A stretch of 63,787 nucleotides of DNA, the filler included, from Octopus bimaculoides (taxonomy: Eukaryota): assembly GCF_001194135.2 (NCBI RefSeq). It is 5 parts of 5 records of this genome, joined end to end, with 100 filler letters (N's around TTAATTAATTAA, not from the genome) between each part and the next. Parts side by side here need not be neighbours in the genome. Positions count along the whole stretch, not along the records: positions 1 to 11,788 come from NC_068986.1; positions 11,889 to 22,035 come from NC_068981.1; 3 more parts are not named here. One strand, given 5' to 3'. Below are positions 1 to 11,927 of this stretch, piece after piece. A program made the position numbers and the translations under genes. The notes under the pieces were generated by a model. That model was not told where the DNA came from, searched no databases, and was given only the letters and a program-made list of their open reading frames with translations. Numbering within the stretch: the stretch's first letter is position 1; each line of letters opens with the position of its first letter.

Positions 1-68
1 CATCATTTCAATTTATTAGAAAAGAAAATAACTTCGGAAGCTGTTAGCTATCTCTTCTCAAACACAGT

Positions 69-449
69 GGAGGCGCAATGGCCCATTGGTTAGGGCAGCG
101 GACTTGCGGTCATAGGATCGCGGTTTCGATTCCCAGACCGGGCGTTGTGAGTGTTTATTGAGCGAAAACACTTAAAGCCCCACGAGGCTCCGGCAGGGGA
201 TGGTGGCGAACCCTACGCTAGTCTTTCACCACAACTTTCTCTCACTCTTTCTTCCTGTTTCTCTTGTACCTGTATTTCAAAGGGCCAGCCTTGTCACACT
301 GTGTCACGCTGAATATCCCCGAGAACTACGTTAAGGACACACATGTCTGTGGAGTGCTCAGCCACTTGCACGTTAATTTCACGAGCTGGCGGTTCCGTTG
401 ATCGGATCAACCGGAACCCTCGGCGTCGTAAGCGACGGAGTGCCAACAA
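69..449 (+). mobile_element. tRNA-derived SINE with CAA-type tail (family C), full length
   Basis: A-box-like TGGCCCATTGGTTAGG and B-box GGTTTCGATTCCC; ends ...GGAGTGCCAACAAC. Flanked by near-identical CTCAAACACAGT (57-68) and CTCAAAACACAGT (450-462), a probable TSD. The 3' part recurs at 40.6 kb and 43.0 kb. Confidence 0.85.
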
Positions 450-905
450 CTCAAAACACAGTAACAAACCTCCTGTTTTATTTTATTGTTTTAACTCTTG
501 AGTCTTAAATTCTAATGATTAAATCTAAGTACATTTCATTTACCTGTAAGATGTTGCTTAATAATATTTTCTTATTAGTATGTACACTCCTCCCCTCCCA
601 TTAGTTTATCGTGATAACATGAGTTAGTACACAGTAAATTAAATTGTACCAAATGCAATTTGTCATAACATAGTGATTAGTGGTGGAGTGTGGAATTAAG
701 TTATGATATCACTAGGCATTGTGAGACTAATAACCTGGCGTAGAACTCAATATAGATATGGTTCAGAATAAAGCATTGAGTACAGAGCTGTACGGTGTTA
801 CTCGGGCACTCAATTAGGAGTCCACTGCATCTTGTAACAGAAACAGCTGTAAGTTAACGAAGTTCGTAAGATAATCGTTTATGCCTTTGTTATCTCACTA
901 CCCCC

Positions 906-952
<47 letters not shown>

Positions 953-959
953 TATAAAA

Positions 960-1330
960 GGGGTGGCTGTGTGTTAAGTAGCTTGCTTACCAACCACATT
1001 GTTCCGGATTCAGTCTCACTGCGTGGCACCTTGGGCAAGTGTCTTCTATAGCCTCGAACCAACCAAAGCCTTGTGAGTGGATTTGGTAGGCGGAAACTGA
1101 AAGAAGCCCGTCGTATATATATATGTTTTTTGTGTCTGTGTTTGTCCCCCTCCACATCGCTTCACAACCGATGCTGGTGTGTTTACATCCCCGTAACTTA
1201 GTGGTTCGGCAAAAAGAGACCGATAGAATAAGTACTAGGCTTACAAAGAATAAGTCCTGGAGTCGATTTGCTCGACTAAAGGCGGTGCTCCAGCATGGCC
1301 GCAGTCAAATGACTGAAACAAGTAAAAGAG
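960..1330 (+). mobile_element. CORE-type tRNA SINE (family A) with central (TA)/(TG) microsatellite
   Basis: Head GTGGCTGTGTG..AAGTAGCTTGCTTACCAACCAC, CORE-like GCACCTTGGGCAAGTGTCTT, tail GACTGAAACAAGTAAAAGAG. Near-identical copies at 41.6, 44.6, 48.1, 48.5 and 50.6 kb. Confidence 0.9.
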
Positions 1331-1697
1331 TATATGTATATATATATGTGCGCGTGTGTGTGTTGTCAAGTCATGAAAGACTCTGCCTCTATGTATATGG
1401 AGTGCTAGTGACGACATTGATAGCAGTTGATCTCTTAGTTAATACATACTTGCAGCTGTGTCTCGCCAGTGCCTGGCCTGTCTCAGTTGAAGTGTGAAAA
1501 CAAGTATTTCAGCTGTTTCTTTCAAGGCAAATGAATGCTAGTCTTGTGTATGTGTCTCCTTGGTTTGCCTATTCTTTCAGCTGGTCTAGCTAGAAATGCA
1601 GCCCCCCCCCCCGCTCTCTTAGATAACCTCAGTTTCATTCAGAGGTGTTTACTACTTGATATTGTTTGTATTCTGCAGGGAGCTTAATTTTGTGTTT

Positions 1698-1961
1698 AGG
1701 CGGAAGCATGACTGTGTAGTTAGGAAGCTTGTTTTGCAACCACGTGGTTTGGGTTCAGTCTCACATTGAGGCACCTTGGGCAAGTGTCTTCTACTATCCC
1801 CCCTCTACCCCCCGTCGAGCTTACGCATGCCTTGAGTGACTTTTTCGTAGATGGAACTGTGTAGAAGAAGTGTGTGTGCGTGTGCGTGTGCGTGTGTGTG
1901 TGTTTTGTTTCTCTCTCCAGCTTGACAGCTGGTTTACGTTTGTACATTAGCGGTTCGGCAA
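1698..1961 (+). mobile_element. diverged family A SINE
   Basis: GAGGCACCTTGGGCAAGTGTCTTCTACTAT core and a degenerate head. Confidence 0.7.
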
Positions 1962-1974
1962 TGTGATGTATGAA

Positions 1975-2212
1975 ATTATGTTGGTCCTTGCCTTGACATT
2001 ACATGAAAGCTGAAAACGAATGCAGGAGGTGTCCGTCGTCATCAGTCTTCTGTATAAACATGTCCGGTTATGGGGAAATATTACCTTAGTTGAAAACAGG
2101 TGAGGGTTGCTGACAGGAAGGGCGTCTGGTCATGGAAAATCCGCCTCGACGAAAATCGGGTCTGTCCAATGCAGGCATGGAAAAAGTGGATGTTAAATGA
2201 TGCTGCTGATAT
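1975..2212 (+). mobile_element. RTE-like 3' tail fragment (SINE or LINE end)
   Basis: GGTGAGGGTTGCTGACAGGAAGGGCGTCTGG...GCATGGAAAAAGTGGATGTTAAATGATG; related sequence at ~10600-10780. Confidence 0.55.
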
Positions 2213-2628
2213 GCATTTGGTTTGCATGGTTAACAACTACAATACACGTAACATACACCTAAGTACAAGTAACATTCACCTAAACTACCTTTGTTTTGCA
2301 CTGAGAAGACTTCGTTAGGTCATGAGCTTGACGTGTGTGTGTGTGTGTGTATTTGAAAGTGTCTGATGGATGATTAAGAGCAAATTGTTGTGCTCAATAA
2401 ATAAACCATTTATTTGATGTACACATGAAAGTAATCGCTGTTGTGACAATGTGTCAGTATGGTTTAATTTGATCTCAACAACTAATCGCCTAAACAAATG
2501 CTTGAGATATGGCTAAGATTTAGTCAAAACTGGCTGCTTTGAAAATACAACACAGACTCTTGCAATGTTTTTCTTTGTAAAAACTAAAAATAAAACAAAG
2601 CAGTGCAATAAAGACTGAAAGCTCTTCC

Positions 2629-2647
2629 GTGTGTGTGTGTGTGTGTT

Positions 2648-2710
<63 letters not shown>
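2629..2710. repeat. (GT)n-TTAA-(CA)n microsatellite inverted pair
   Basis: A GT run directly abuts a CA run. Confidence 0.9.
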
Positions 2711-2711
<1 letters not shown>

Positions 2712-2819
2712 TGTCACCAAGGGACCTAAGATTTTTCTTGCTTGCTTCCTCGATAGATTTAAACAGCTGTTAAGATTCTACAGTATATTAGGTAGATTAA
2801 GTGACCGCGTGAAAAACGG

Positions 2820-2853
<34 letters not shown>

Positions 2854-3315
2854 AATTATTATTCACTTCTAGGCACCAGTTTACATTTTAACTGTTCACC
2901 TATCGAATTCGGTCNNNNNNNNNNNNNNNNNNNNNNNNNNNNNNNNNNNNNNNNNNNNNNNNNNNNNNNNNNNNNNNNNNNNNNNNNNNNNNNNNNNNNN
3001 NNNNNNNNNNNNNNNNNNNNNNNNNNNNNNNNNNNNNNNNNNNNNNNNNNNNNNNNNNNNNNNNNNNNNNNNNNNNNNNNNNNNNNNNNNNNNNNNNNNN
3101 NNNNNNNNNNNNNNNNNNNNNNNNNNNNNNNNNNNNNNNNNNNNNNNNNNNNNNNNNNNNNNNNNNNNNNNNNNNNNNNNNNNNNNNNNNNNNNNNNNNN
3201 NNNNNNNNNNNNNNNNNNNNNNNNNNNNNNNNNNNNNNNNNNNNNNNNNNNNNNNNNNNNNNNNNNNNNNNNNNNNNNNNNNNNNNNNNNNNNNNNNNNN
3301 NNNNNNNNNNNNNNN

Positions 3316-3357
<42 letters not shown>

Positions 3358-4891
3358 CGAGACAGAACACACAAAACTACATTGAGCTCGAGATTCCAAC
3401 GTTGGAAAGGTTCTTCATAGGCGTAACTTTCGTATCATATGAAACTATGTAAACCAGTTGATTAACAAACCCTAGCTGTTTCTTCTTCTTTTTTCTTTTT
3501 TCTTCCTTTTTTCTAATGGGTACATATCGTGTCTGGAAAGAAGGGCAATTATGTGAAATTTTAATCTTTTTGGTGTGGAATTTATTTTGAGAAGGTGGAG
3601 GGAAAATTGAACTCACTGTAAATCTGCTGGAATATCCTCATGGCGTTTCCAATAGACTAAGGTATCTGTGATTCCCCCCGCCTCCACTTCGATCAGAATT
3701 TCTTTGTCACATAGATAAGAGCATGTGCTTCCAATATTGTGCAGCTCACAGGAGGCGACTAATGAGTTCTGCTCTGCTCCAAGGCACTGTTTGTTGTGCT
3801 GCAGTGTATTCAACTGTGCTGATAAAATTCTACTCTTCGGTTACTGCTATGCACATGTTGACTTATACTCTGGGACAAGGTATTCCATTCTGAGAAGCAC
3901 TGACTGGCCCAGCTGTAGCAGCTATCACCTATTCTTCTTATAATTATGTTGAAATTTTAATCTGGTTATCTTACCAAACCAGCAGAGTTCACCTCGGTCA
4001 CAAAGTAAATGGCACATGAATAAATGTCATGTTTGCCTCTAGATATGCATTTAGTATTTCCTTTTCCTTCGTTCTCTACAGGAGAGTTCGTCTTCGCCCC
4101 CCCCCCTTATTCCATTTCTGCTGCCCTCGATTTCATTGCTTTATAAAATTGTATTACTTTGTGATTGAGTAGGCTTTTTTTCATCCCCCACCCACACTTT
4201 CTTTCTTTGGTCTTCAACATTTACTGCAGAATCCCAGTTTAAGGCGCTTGGTGACCTGGTTTAGTGCCAAGCCTGCAAAATAAGATCTTCCATATGGAAA
4301 TTGCGGCGTATGTAGGTGGCGTATAGGTGTACGCGCACACACGGACGCATTTTGGTTTTTTTTTTCTTCATAAGCATGTATGAGTTCGCGCTCACGTGTG
4401 CAGCGTACATGCACACACAGGAATACACAAACACGTACACTTTCTTGGTGTGTTAAAAACTGAAGTTTTGTAATTTTGTAGGGAATACATGCAAATCTAC
4501 TTGTTTGTCTCTCTCGCTCCGTGTGTTCGTTTTTATGTCGAAGTTATAAGGAAAGTTTTGCATCAAACTGAATGATAACTCAATACTTTTTGTCGAATAC
4601 ATATTTTCTTTTTTACAAAAATAGTGTTGACAGTGACTTCAAAATTTCAAACTGCAAGCCATCATCGGATTACACACACACAGATACACGTATGTGTGAG
4701 ATCGATTAAGGAAACAGATGGAATTGGTATAACTTTATTTTGTACAAAATAAAGAGTTATAGCAAATCCATCCTTAATTGATTGTTATCTCAACTAACGC
4801 TATAGAATTCTTGAAGTAAATTCAACGGAAATACACTCCGACTTCGGATGACACCAGGTAGCCTGAACTATGCCAGTGCTTTACTCAACAC

Positions 4892-4942
4892 ACTATCGCG
4901 AAACCCTTTTAAAGCCAGGAATTTTTCAGGACCCCCATCGTA
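4892..4942. mobile_element. mariner-type MITE terminal fragment
   Basis: ...AAAGCCAGGAATTTTTCAGGACCCCCATCGTA matches the TIR of the MITEs at 10951 and 43291. Confidence 0.55.
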
Positions 4943-4964
4943 CTTGTGAAGTAATGGTGGTCCT

Positions 4965-5172
4965 TTCTATTATAGGCACAAGGCTTGATTTTTCTTTTGG
5001 GGTGTGGGCTAGTTGATTTCATCGACCCCCGAGTTTAACTGGTACTTATTTTATCGACTTCGAAAGGATGAAGGTAAAGTCGACCTCGGTAGAATTTGAA
5101 CTCAGAACGTAAAGACGGGCGCAATGCCACTAAACATTTCACCCGGCGTGATAACGATTCTGTTAGTTCACC
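4965..5172 (-). mobile_element. tRNA-derived SINE family B
   Basis: Reverse complement of the GTCGAC..GCCTTTCATCCTTTCGGGGTCGATAAA..AAGTACCAG motif and of B-box GAGTTCAAATTC. Confidence 0.8.
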
Positions 5173-6001
5173 TTAATTATCATCATCATCATCATCAACA
5201 ACGTCTTCATCGTTTTGATTGCGGTGCTGGTGGCACTGACGCGACGGCATTCCTGCTGGAATGGAAGCTTAATTATTTTTAAAAAAATATATTAAATTAG
5301 GTTGAGATAGTGCTGAAGGTGCTTGCTTTATTATTTTATTTTACTTTTTTTATTTTATTTACTGTGGGTCTTTGGTCTGGTTGTGGGTTGTAAGGAGTGG
5401 GGATGACTTAACGAAAACGTTAATTTAGAAGGATATACGAGTATGTTCTTATGTCTGTCTTCCACACGCATACAATATAAAATCCTCTGTGTGTGTGTGT
5501 GTAATATGCACAAACACAAAATTTATACGTTCTTTCATTTGTACATAGTGCACATGTATATCTTGTGTTGGTTTAACACACATGCCTGTGTGCGTACGTG
5601 CATGTTTAATTCTGTTTGCGTACTTATGAGAGAGTTCGTTTTTTTTCTTCTTCCCCTCTTCCTTTTTTTTTTAAGGAAAAGTATAATACCGATATGTTTA
5701 CTTTGAACTTCAAAATAATTATCAAATTGAGAAGAAAAAAAGTATCTCTCTCTCACACACACAAACACATACACACAGAGTCGTTCTAATTTATCTCCGT
5801 ATCTTAACATTTGAATTTTGCTTACATTCTTATTAGCTATTAACTGCTGACTGAAACTTGTAATTTAGGCACATCTAACATACAAATTAAAAGAAATTGT
5901 GAGGGATGGATAAGGGAAAAAATGTCTAACTCCTTGATCCAATCCGCAATCTATTGTAACGCTGTTTTGCACCAACTTGACGGCACATGTCTTCCAAGTC
6001 T

Positions 6002-6064
<63 letters not shown>

Positions 6065-6065
6065 A

Positions 6066-6165
6066 AAGGCGCATAACCCAATGGTTAGAGCGTTGCACTC
6101 GATTCTGAGAGCTGACGATGCGTCGGATCCTTGAGCAAAACACTTAGTTCACGTTGCTTTTAGCG
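6066..6165 (+). mobile_element. tRNA-SINE head (family D-like)
   Basis: GGCGCATAACCCAATGGTTAGAGCG followed by CCTTGAGCAAAACACTT, as in the copies at 19.1 and 50.4 kb. Confidence 0.55.
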
Positions 6166-7051
6166 TTCCTTTTGACCTCTGGCACGTGGCACACTACAAG
6201 AAATGTCGATATGATGGAGAGTGTGAGCTTGTGTAACGCAAAAATTCGATTATTATAAACAAATCACCCGTGTGGTTATTTACCAAGAAATTGAGGATAC
6301 TTCATCCGTCGTCTGACGACGAGGCCCATCACTGTATAGTCACCCTCTTACATTCTTCTCTATATGCTCATTCCCCCCTCCCATACACACACAGTGTCCG
6401 TAAATTACCTTTACAATTTTAAAGTCGAAAATTGTGGAAAGTTGTAAAGATAATTTATGGACATCATAAATGTGCGTGTTCGTTCGACACCTACTGACCA
6501 GTACAAGAGTATTGGTTAACACGAAGCTATAACTTACTCGATGGAAACTGTTCGGAAGTTCTGTGTGTACGTACGTTCTAAGATGTTAGTGTCCGCTTAT
6601 TTTCATGACTTATTAGTTTGATAAAACAGATCAATAAAATATGCCTCGGCCTAAAAAAAAAAAAAGAGTTTCGATATAATCGACTATAAATTCTCGTAGT
6701 TTGTGACCGCCAGCGTGGCCGCAGTCCAATAACTGAAACCTGCAAAAAGACTTGTGTTTGTTCCAGTCTCTTTATCTCTCTTTATAAAACGTTTGGTCAA
6801 CTGTCCTTTGTANNNNNNNNNNACACACACACAACCGTCGTTCAGTGTCCATCCTACGCCAACACACGCTGATATAAGCTCGTCTGATAGCAAGGATTAG
6901 TTCGTATTCACTTGTTTAGATTACTATAAGCCTTGCAATAAGACAAATTAAGAATTTCGGATCTAAATATGTTCTATATTAAAGATAATGTATCTTCTCT
7001 CGTGTCTACTCCTTTCCTCCCCCACACACCTCACTCTTTCATCATTGTTCA

Positions 7052-7082
<31 letters not shown>

Positions 7083-8619
7083 TTGTAAGATATTAACTCT
7101 CATTCCTTGATTGCTACAATATTTAGAAAATACTTTGGTGTTTTTATCAGCCAAAAAATGCCTCAGTTACTGTTGATAACTTTTAAATATGTAGTGGAAC
7201 TGATAGTGGGGAGGGGGCGCAAAATACACCCATTGGCACTATATGTTACACATCTTTTGCTGATAAATATGAGCTTGGTGATAAATATAACCTCCATTTT
7301 CCCCCATTTTGTTCTCTCTCTCATGGAAATCTTTTTCACACACAATTTCTTCCTCTTGATTTTTTTTTTTTTTTNNNNNNNNNNTTTTTTTTTTTTGTGT
7401 GTACGTTCGTAATCTATACACGGGCGCGTATATATATAACAAGTGTGTTGAATCAAAAAGCACGTTTTACAAGGTTTACCATACGCTCCTGCTGACCCTA
7501 ATCGCCCTTTAGTGCTTCTATTTAATAACTAGTTCACGTTACGAACGTTTGTACTATTATGCAAATTAGAACAACCTTAGCTAAGCCAGCTTCAAAAGTA
7601 AAAGCTCAGAAGTTTATCTCAAATGTTTATTCTATCAGCGCGTTGTGTACGTGAAATGGGTTCTCTTGTTGTTGACGATAGATGAGTTTTCCGCAGGTTT
7701 TTTTAATATTTTTTTTCAGCTGAACAACCTGCACAGATAATTTGTTTATAGTGTGCTGTATATTGGCTCATGACCTCTATCAAATCGGCATTGCCTGTAC
7801 TGATTGGTGCAATGGCATCTCACGTATCAGACGTCGAAGTGACCGCAGAGCAACGCGAAATTAAATGTTTTGCTAAAGAACACATCGCCCGGCCGTATGT
7901 TACATTAAAAGTATTGACAATTTGCCTGTGGTGAGGATACGTTCTACTCAAATGCTCACGGTCGAGTTCCCTTTGGTGAATAATTCGAAGAACTGGAAGA
8001 TTTTTAGTATGTGGTATTGAGAGCACTACTTACCCAGAAGAGATGAAAAAATGAAAACCTGTACATTTTTGGTACCAGTAGGTAAAGGAATCGTGTAATA
8101 ATGGGAGACATACAAATAGATGAAGAACCTTTCCTCTAAGACAGTGGTTCGCAACTGGACTCCATAATCTGATTTTGCTGTTAAAATCTTTGTGCCATAA
8201 AACAACGCGCTGGTAGAATAAACTTTTTGACTAATGGCTTAACCCTGGATTAATCCCGATCAAGTAAACTTTTGATCAAAAGAATTTCAGTCTCGATCTT
8301 CCCGTGTTTGTTTTAAGATTATTTCAGGATACGTTGTCTAATGTGTTCATCCTTGTTTAAAACGGTGTGGTATCATGTAAGTTGAAGAATACTTTTATCG
8401 TTAGATCGAACGACCTTGTAAGAACTTCTGATGTTCCTTAGTTGGTTCGTAATAGTTTTAAGTTTATCAGACGGTGTATGTGTTTGATAATTGTTACCTT
8501 TTGCCCTTTTCAGTCATTTGGACTGTCCTCATGCTGGGGGTACTCTCCTGAAGGGTTTAGTCGAAACAGGTCGATCCCAACAGTTATTTTAAAAATCTGC
8601 TACTCATTCCATCGGTCTG

Positions 8620-8733
8620 TTTGGAACACATACGACGGCCTTCAACTCAGTTTCCGCCTATCAAATTCACTCACAAAAAGCATTGGTCAATCCAGGGCTA
8701 TAGCAGAAGAAACTTGCCCAAGGTGTCGTATAG
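8620..8733 (-). mobile_element. family A SINE fragment interrupted by a family B SINE
   Basis: Reverse-complement core CTTGCCCAAGGTG; remnant continues at ~8993-9030. Confidence 0.7.
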
Positions 8734-8750
8734 TAAGAATGCCCCCAAAG

Positions 8751-8980
8751 TGGCGAGCTGGCAGAAACGTTAGCACGTCGGGCGAAATGCTTAGCGGTAT
8801 TTCGTCTGCCGTTACGTTCTGAGTTCAAATTCCGCCGAGGTCGACGTTGCCTTTCATCCTTTCAGGGGTCGATAAATTAAGTACCAGTTACGCACTGGGG
8901 TCGATGCAATCAACTTAATCCCTTTGTCTGTCGTTGTTTGTCTCTATGTTTAGCCCCTTGTGGGCAATAAAGAAATAAGA
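8751..8980 (+). mobile_element. family B SINE, full length with TSD
   Basis: GAGCTGGCAGAAACGTTAGC head, GAGTTCAAATTCC B-box, AATAAAGAAATAAGA tail; flanking TAAGAATGCCCCCAAA / TAAGAATGCTCCCAAA. Confidence 0.9.
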
Positions 8981-9092
8981 ATGCTCCCAAAATTACGTGG
9001 TTGTAAAGCGGTCTCCGCTACCCCGGAATGCAAGAAAAACAACGTTGACCTGGTCACCATATAATACTGCTGAGAATATTTCTTTCGAAGAG

Positions 9093-9232
9093 TACGAAGG
9101 GGTGCTGAAAAAGTGCCTGGTTTTGGGTAAAAGAATATACAGGAAAATCAATTAATTATGATTTTTATCCAACGTATTCCCCTCTCAAATTCACTCACTT
9201 ATTGCTCTGGCCCTTCATTTTTCTAAGCCCTG
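9093..9232. mobile_element. mariner-type MITE, truncated
   Basis: TA + CGAAGGGGTGCTGAAAAAGTGCCTGG TIR; colinear with 10951-11144. Confidence 0.75.
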
Positions 9233-10134
9233 TTACGAGTGTTTGTGATGTTTATTCCTTTCCCTCCAATATATCAACATGCATAAGTGCTGTGAAAGAT
9301 CATCGCAAATTCTGATCACTGGGAATGTGCTTGATTTGAACACTGGTTTTCCTCTTTTCTTAAGTGCAAAACCACGAATTCGAAACACTGTGAAATGAAA
9401 TGTTGTGGCTGTGATGCCCCCCCCCACCTCAAAAGAAGTGTTTTATCAATTTAGAGAATGAATTTATCACTCCGTTTATCTTAAGAGAGATATTTGNNNN
9501 NNNNNNNNNNNNNNNNNNNNNNNNNNNNNNNNNNNNNNNNNNNNNNNNNNNNNNNNNNNNNNNNNNNNNNNNNNNNNNNNNNNNNNNNNNNNNNNNNNNN
9601 NNNNNNNNNNNNNNNNNNNNNNNNNNNNNNNNNNNNNNNNNNNNNNNNNNNNNNNNNNNNGAATGGTGTGCTGTATCGTGGCAGCAGCACACTTTACAAA
9701 GTTAATCTTGAAAGTGACTTCAGCACAAACCAATCCCGGCCTATATAGTTAGTTTTATTTTATACAATGAATTCTATTGTTGCCTCCCACCCCACCCCAC
9801 CTGCGTCACACCCTTCCCCAATATCACATCTTTATATTAGATGTGAAACATCTAATATAAAGAACTATCTGAAAACTGTGTAGAAAATGAAAAATAAAAG
9901 AAAAAAAGTGAAAGTCTTTTATTAATTTGGATTGAAGTCGATCTCAATTAGTGAAAATAAGATGGTCTTTAGAATTGGTAACCAAATGGAATACAACTTC
10001 AAGCACTGCAAACACCTTGTACAGCACTGACTTAAAAATATTGTCTCACCAATTCAGTCTTAGCAAGTACAAAGAGAATATATATATATATACATAAAAA
10101 TTAAACATCAGTGTCAATATGTTTATTGGTCTCA

Positions 10135-10345
10135 AGGCGGAGAACTTGGCAGAATCGTTAGCATGCCGGACAAAATGCTTAGCGACATTTCGTCCGTCTC
10201 GTTCTCAGTTCAAATTCTGCTGAGGTTGACTTTGTCTTTTATCACTTCGGGGTTGCTAAAATAAGTACCAGTTGAGTCTGGGGATCAAGAATCGACATAC
10301 CCCTTTTCTGAAACTGCTGGCATCGGACCAAAAATTGAAACCTAC
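10135..10345 (+). mobile_element. family B SINE, diverged
   Basis: GGCGGAGAACTTGGCAGAATCGTTAGC head, CAGTTCAAATTC, AAATAAGTACCAG. Confidence 0.75.
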
Positions 10346-10399
10346 ATGCTTATTGCTCCTATCTCTCTTTAAAAAGAACAGAAAAGAAAGATAAGCTAT

Positions 10400-10565
10400 T
10401 GTGGCGCTAGCATGGCTGTGTAGCCAAGAAATTTGCTCTCCAATCGCCTGGTTTCGCGTTCAGTTCCACTTCGTGGGACTTTGGAAAAGTGTCTTCTACT
10501 ATAGCCCTGAGCTGACCGAAGACTTGAGTAGATTTTGTTGACGGAAACTGAAAGAAGCCTATTGT
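10400..10565 (+). mobile_element. family A SINE 5' half, diverged
   Basis: CATGGCTGTGTAGCCAAG head; GGAAAAGTGTCTTCTACTATAGCC; GACGGAAACTGAAAGAAGCC. Confidence 0.7.
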
Positions 10566-10950
10566 GTCTATGTATTCGAGGATACCACTTTGTCTTGACA
10601 ACACGTGATAAGTTGTATGCTAGCATTACCATGATACAAGCATTATCCCTAGTTTCTAGTCTTCTATGAAAAACAAGTCCGGCTATGGGGAAACGTTATC
10701 TTGGTTGGAAACACAGGAATAGTTGGCAACAGGAAGGACATCCAGTCGCAAAATATGTTTCAGCGAATTCTATGTAGATGTTGAAATTTTGACAACTGTA
10801 GTAGGATACACAATCAATTTGCCCCTCTCTGCTCTGGAAACCTGGAACTTACAGGAATAAACTAACGGAGCAGGAATGTGGAGGAAAAGCAATATGGGTA
10901 GAGTGCCAATATGTACTCTACGATAAAGGTCTGCTTTTCGGAGTGCACAG

Positions 10951-11144
10951 TACGAAGGGGTGCTGAAAAGTTCCTGGTTTTGAGTAAAAGAATATACAGG
11001 AGGATCAATTAATTATGATTTTATCCAACGTATTCCTTTCTCAAATTCACTCACTTATTGCTGCGGCCCATCAGTTTTCTAAGTCCTGTAAAAGAACTCT
11101 GAAAGGTTGGGCCTCCAACTAGACGTTTCGCGATACCCTTAAAG
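10951..11144. mobile_element. mariner-type MITE
   Basis: TA-CGAAGGGGTGCTGAAAAGTTCCTGG start; body matches 43291-43511 in the opposite orientation. Confidence 0.8.
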
Positions 11145-11788
11145 CATAGCTGGGGCGTTAATCTGCGGATCGCGTACGTAGCAGGTATTCGCTTGATGAA
11201 GGCTCGTCGGGGCTACACAGCAACACACAGATCTAGAGTTTTTATTTTCACATTGCTCGTGGAGCTTAAAATAACTAATCGAATATTGTTGTTTCTTTGT
11301 TGTTATCTGGACGAATTGGACGAAGTGTAGTCACACCACACCACACACACACACACACGCACGCGCGTCTTGTGAGAATTGTGTTGTAATGGCTGCAATG
11401 CATACAACACAAAACATACCACAGAGGAATGTACAGAAAGCTTGTGGTGGTGGTGGTGATGTCTGTGTGTGAGGGCTACTACTGGTGTGCTAACCCAATT
11501 ACACTAAGCTCCGTGACATGGTGAGATAATCCAAGTCAATAATAACACATATTCCAAACAACTGTCAAGGCAATTATTGTTGATTCTCTCTCTCTCTATC
11601 ACACACACACACACACACACACATTGTAAAATTGCTGCGCGAACTTTTTCCCTGCAGTCAAAGGAGAGAGAGAGACAAGTGAGAGATTTTTCCTGCAGTC
11701 TTTTTAATAAATGTTTCAACACAAAAGATGAGATTAATACACATGCCCGCATTAAGTAACGATTAAGAACAAAAAAAAAAAAAAAAAA

Positions 11789-11888
11789 NNNNNNNNNNNN
11801 NNNNNNNNNNNNNNNNNNNNNNNNNNNNNNNNTTAATTAATTAANNNNNNNNNNNNNNNNNNNNNNNNNNNNNNNNNNNNNNNNNNNN
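11789..11888. other. assembly spacer: 44 N + TTAATTAATTAA + 44 N
   Basis: Exactly 100 bp. The same construct occurs at 22036-22135, 37628-37727 and 58065-58164. The 12-mer gives stops in all six frames. Confidence 0.95.

Positions 11889-11927
<39 letters not shown>

Noticed and set aside
69-140. tRNA genes at SINE heads (also 19140 and 50438)
   Set aside because: A/B boxes are present, but there is no complete cloverleaf and they continue into multi-copy SINE bodies.
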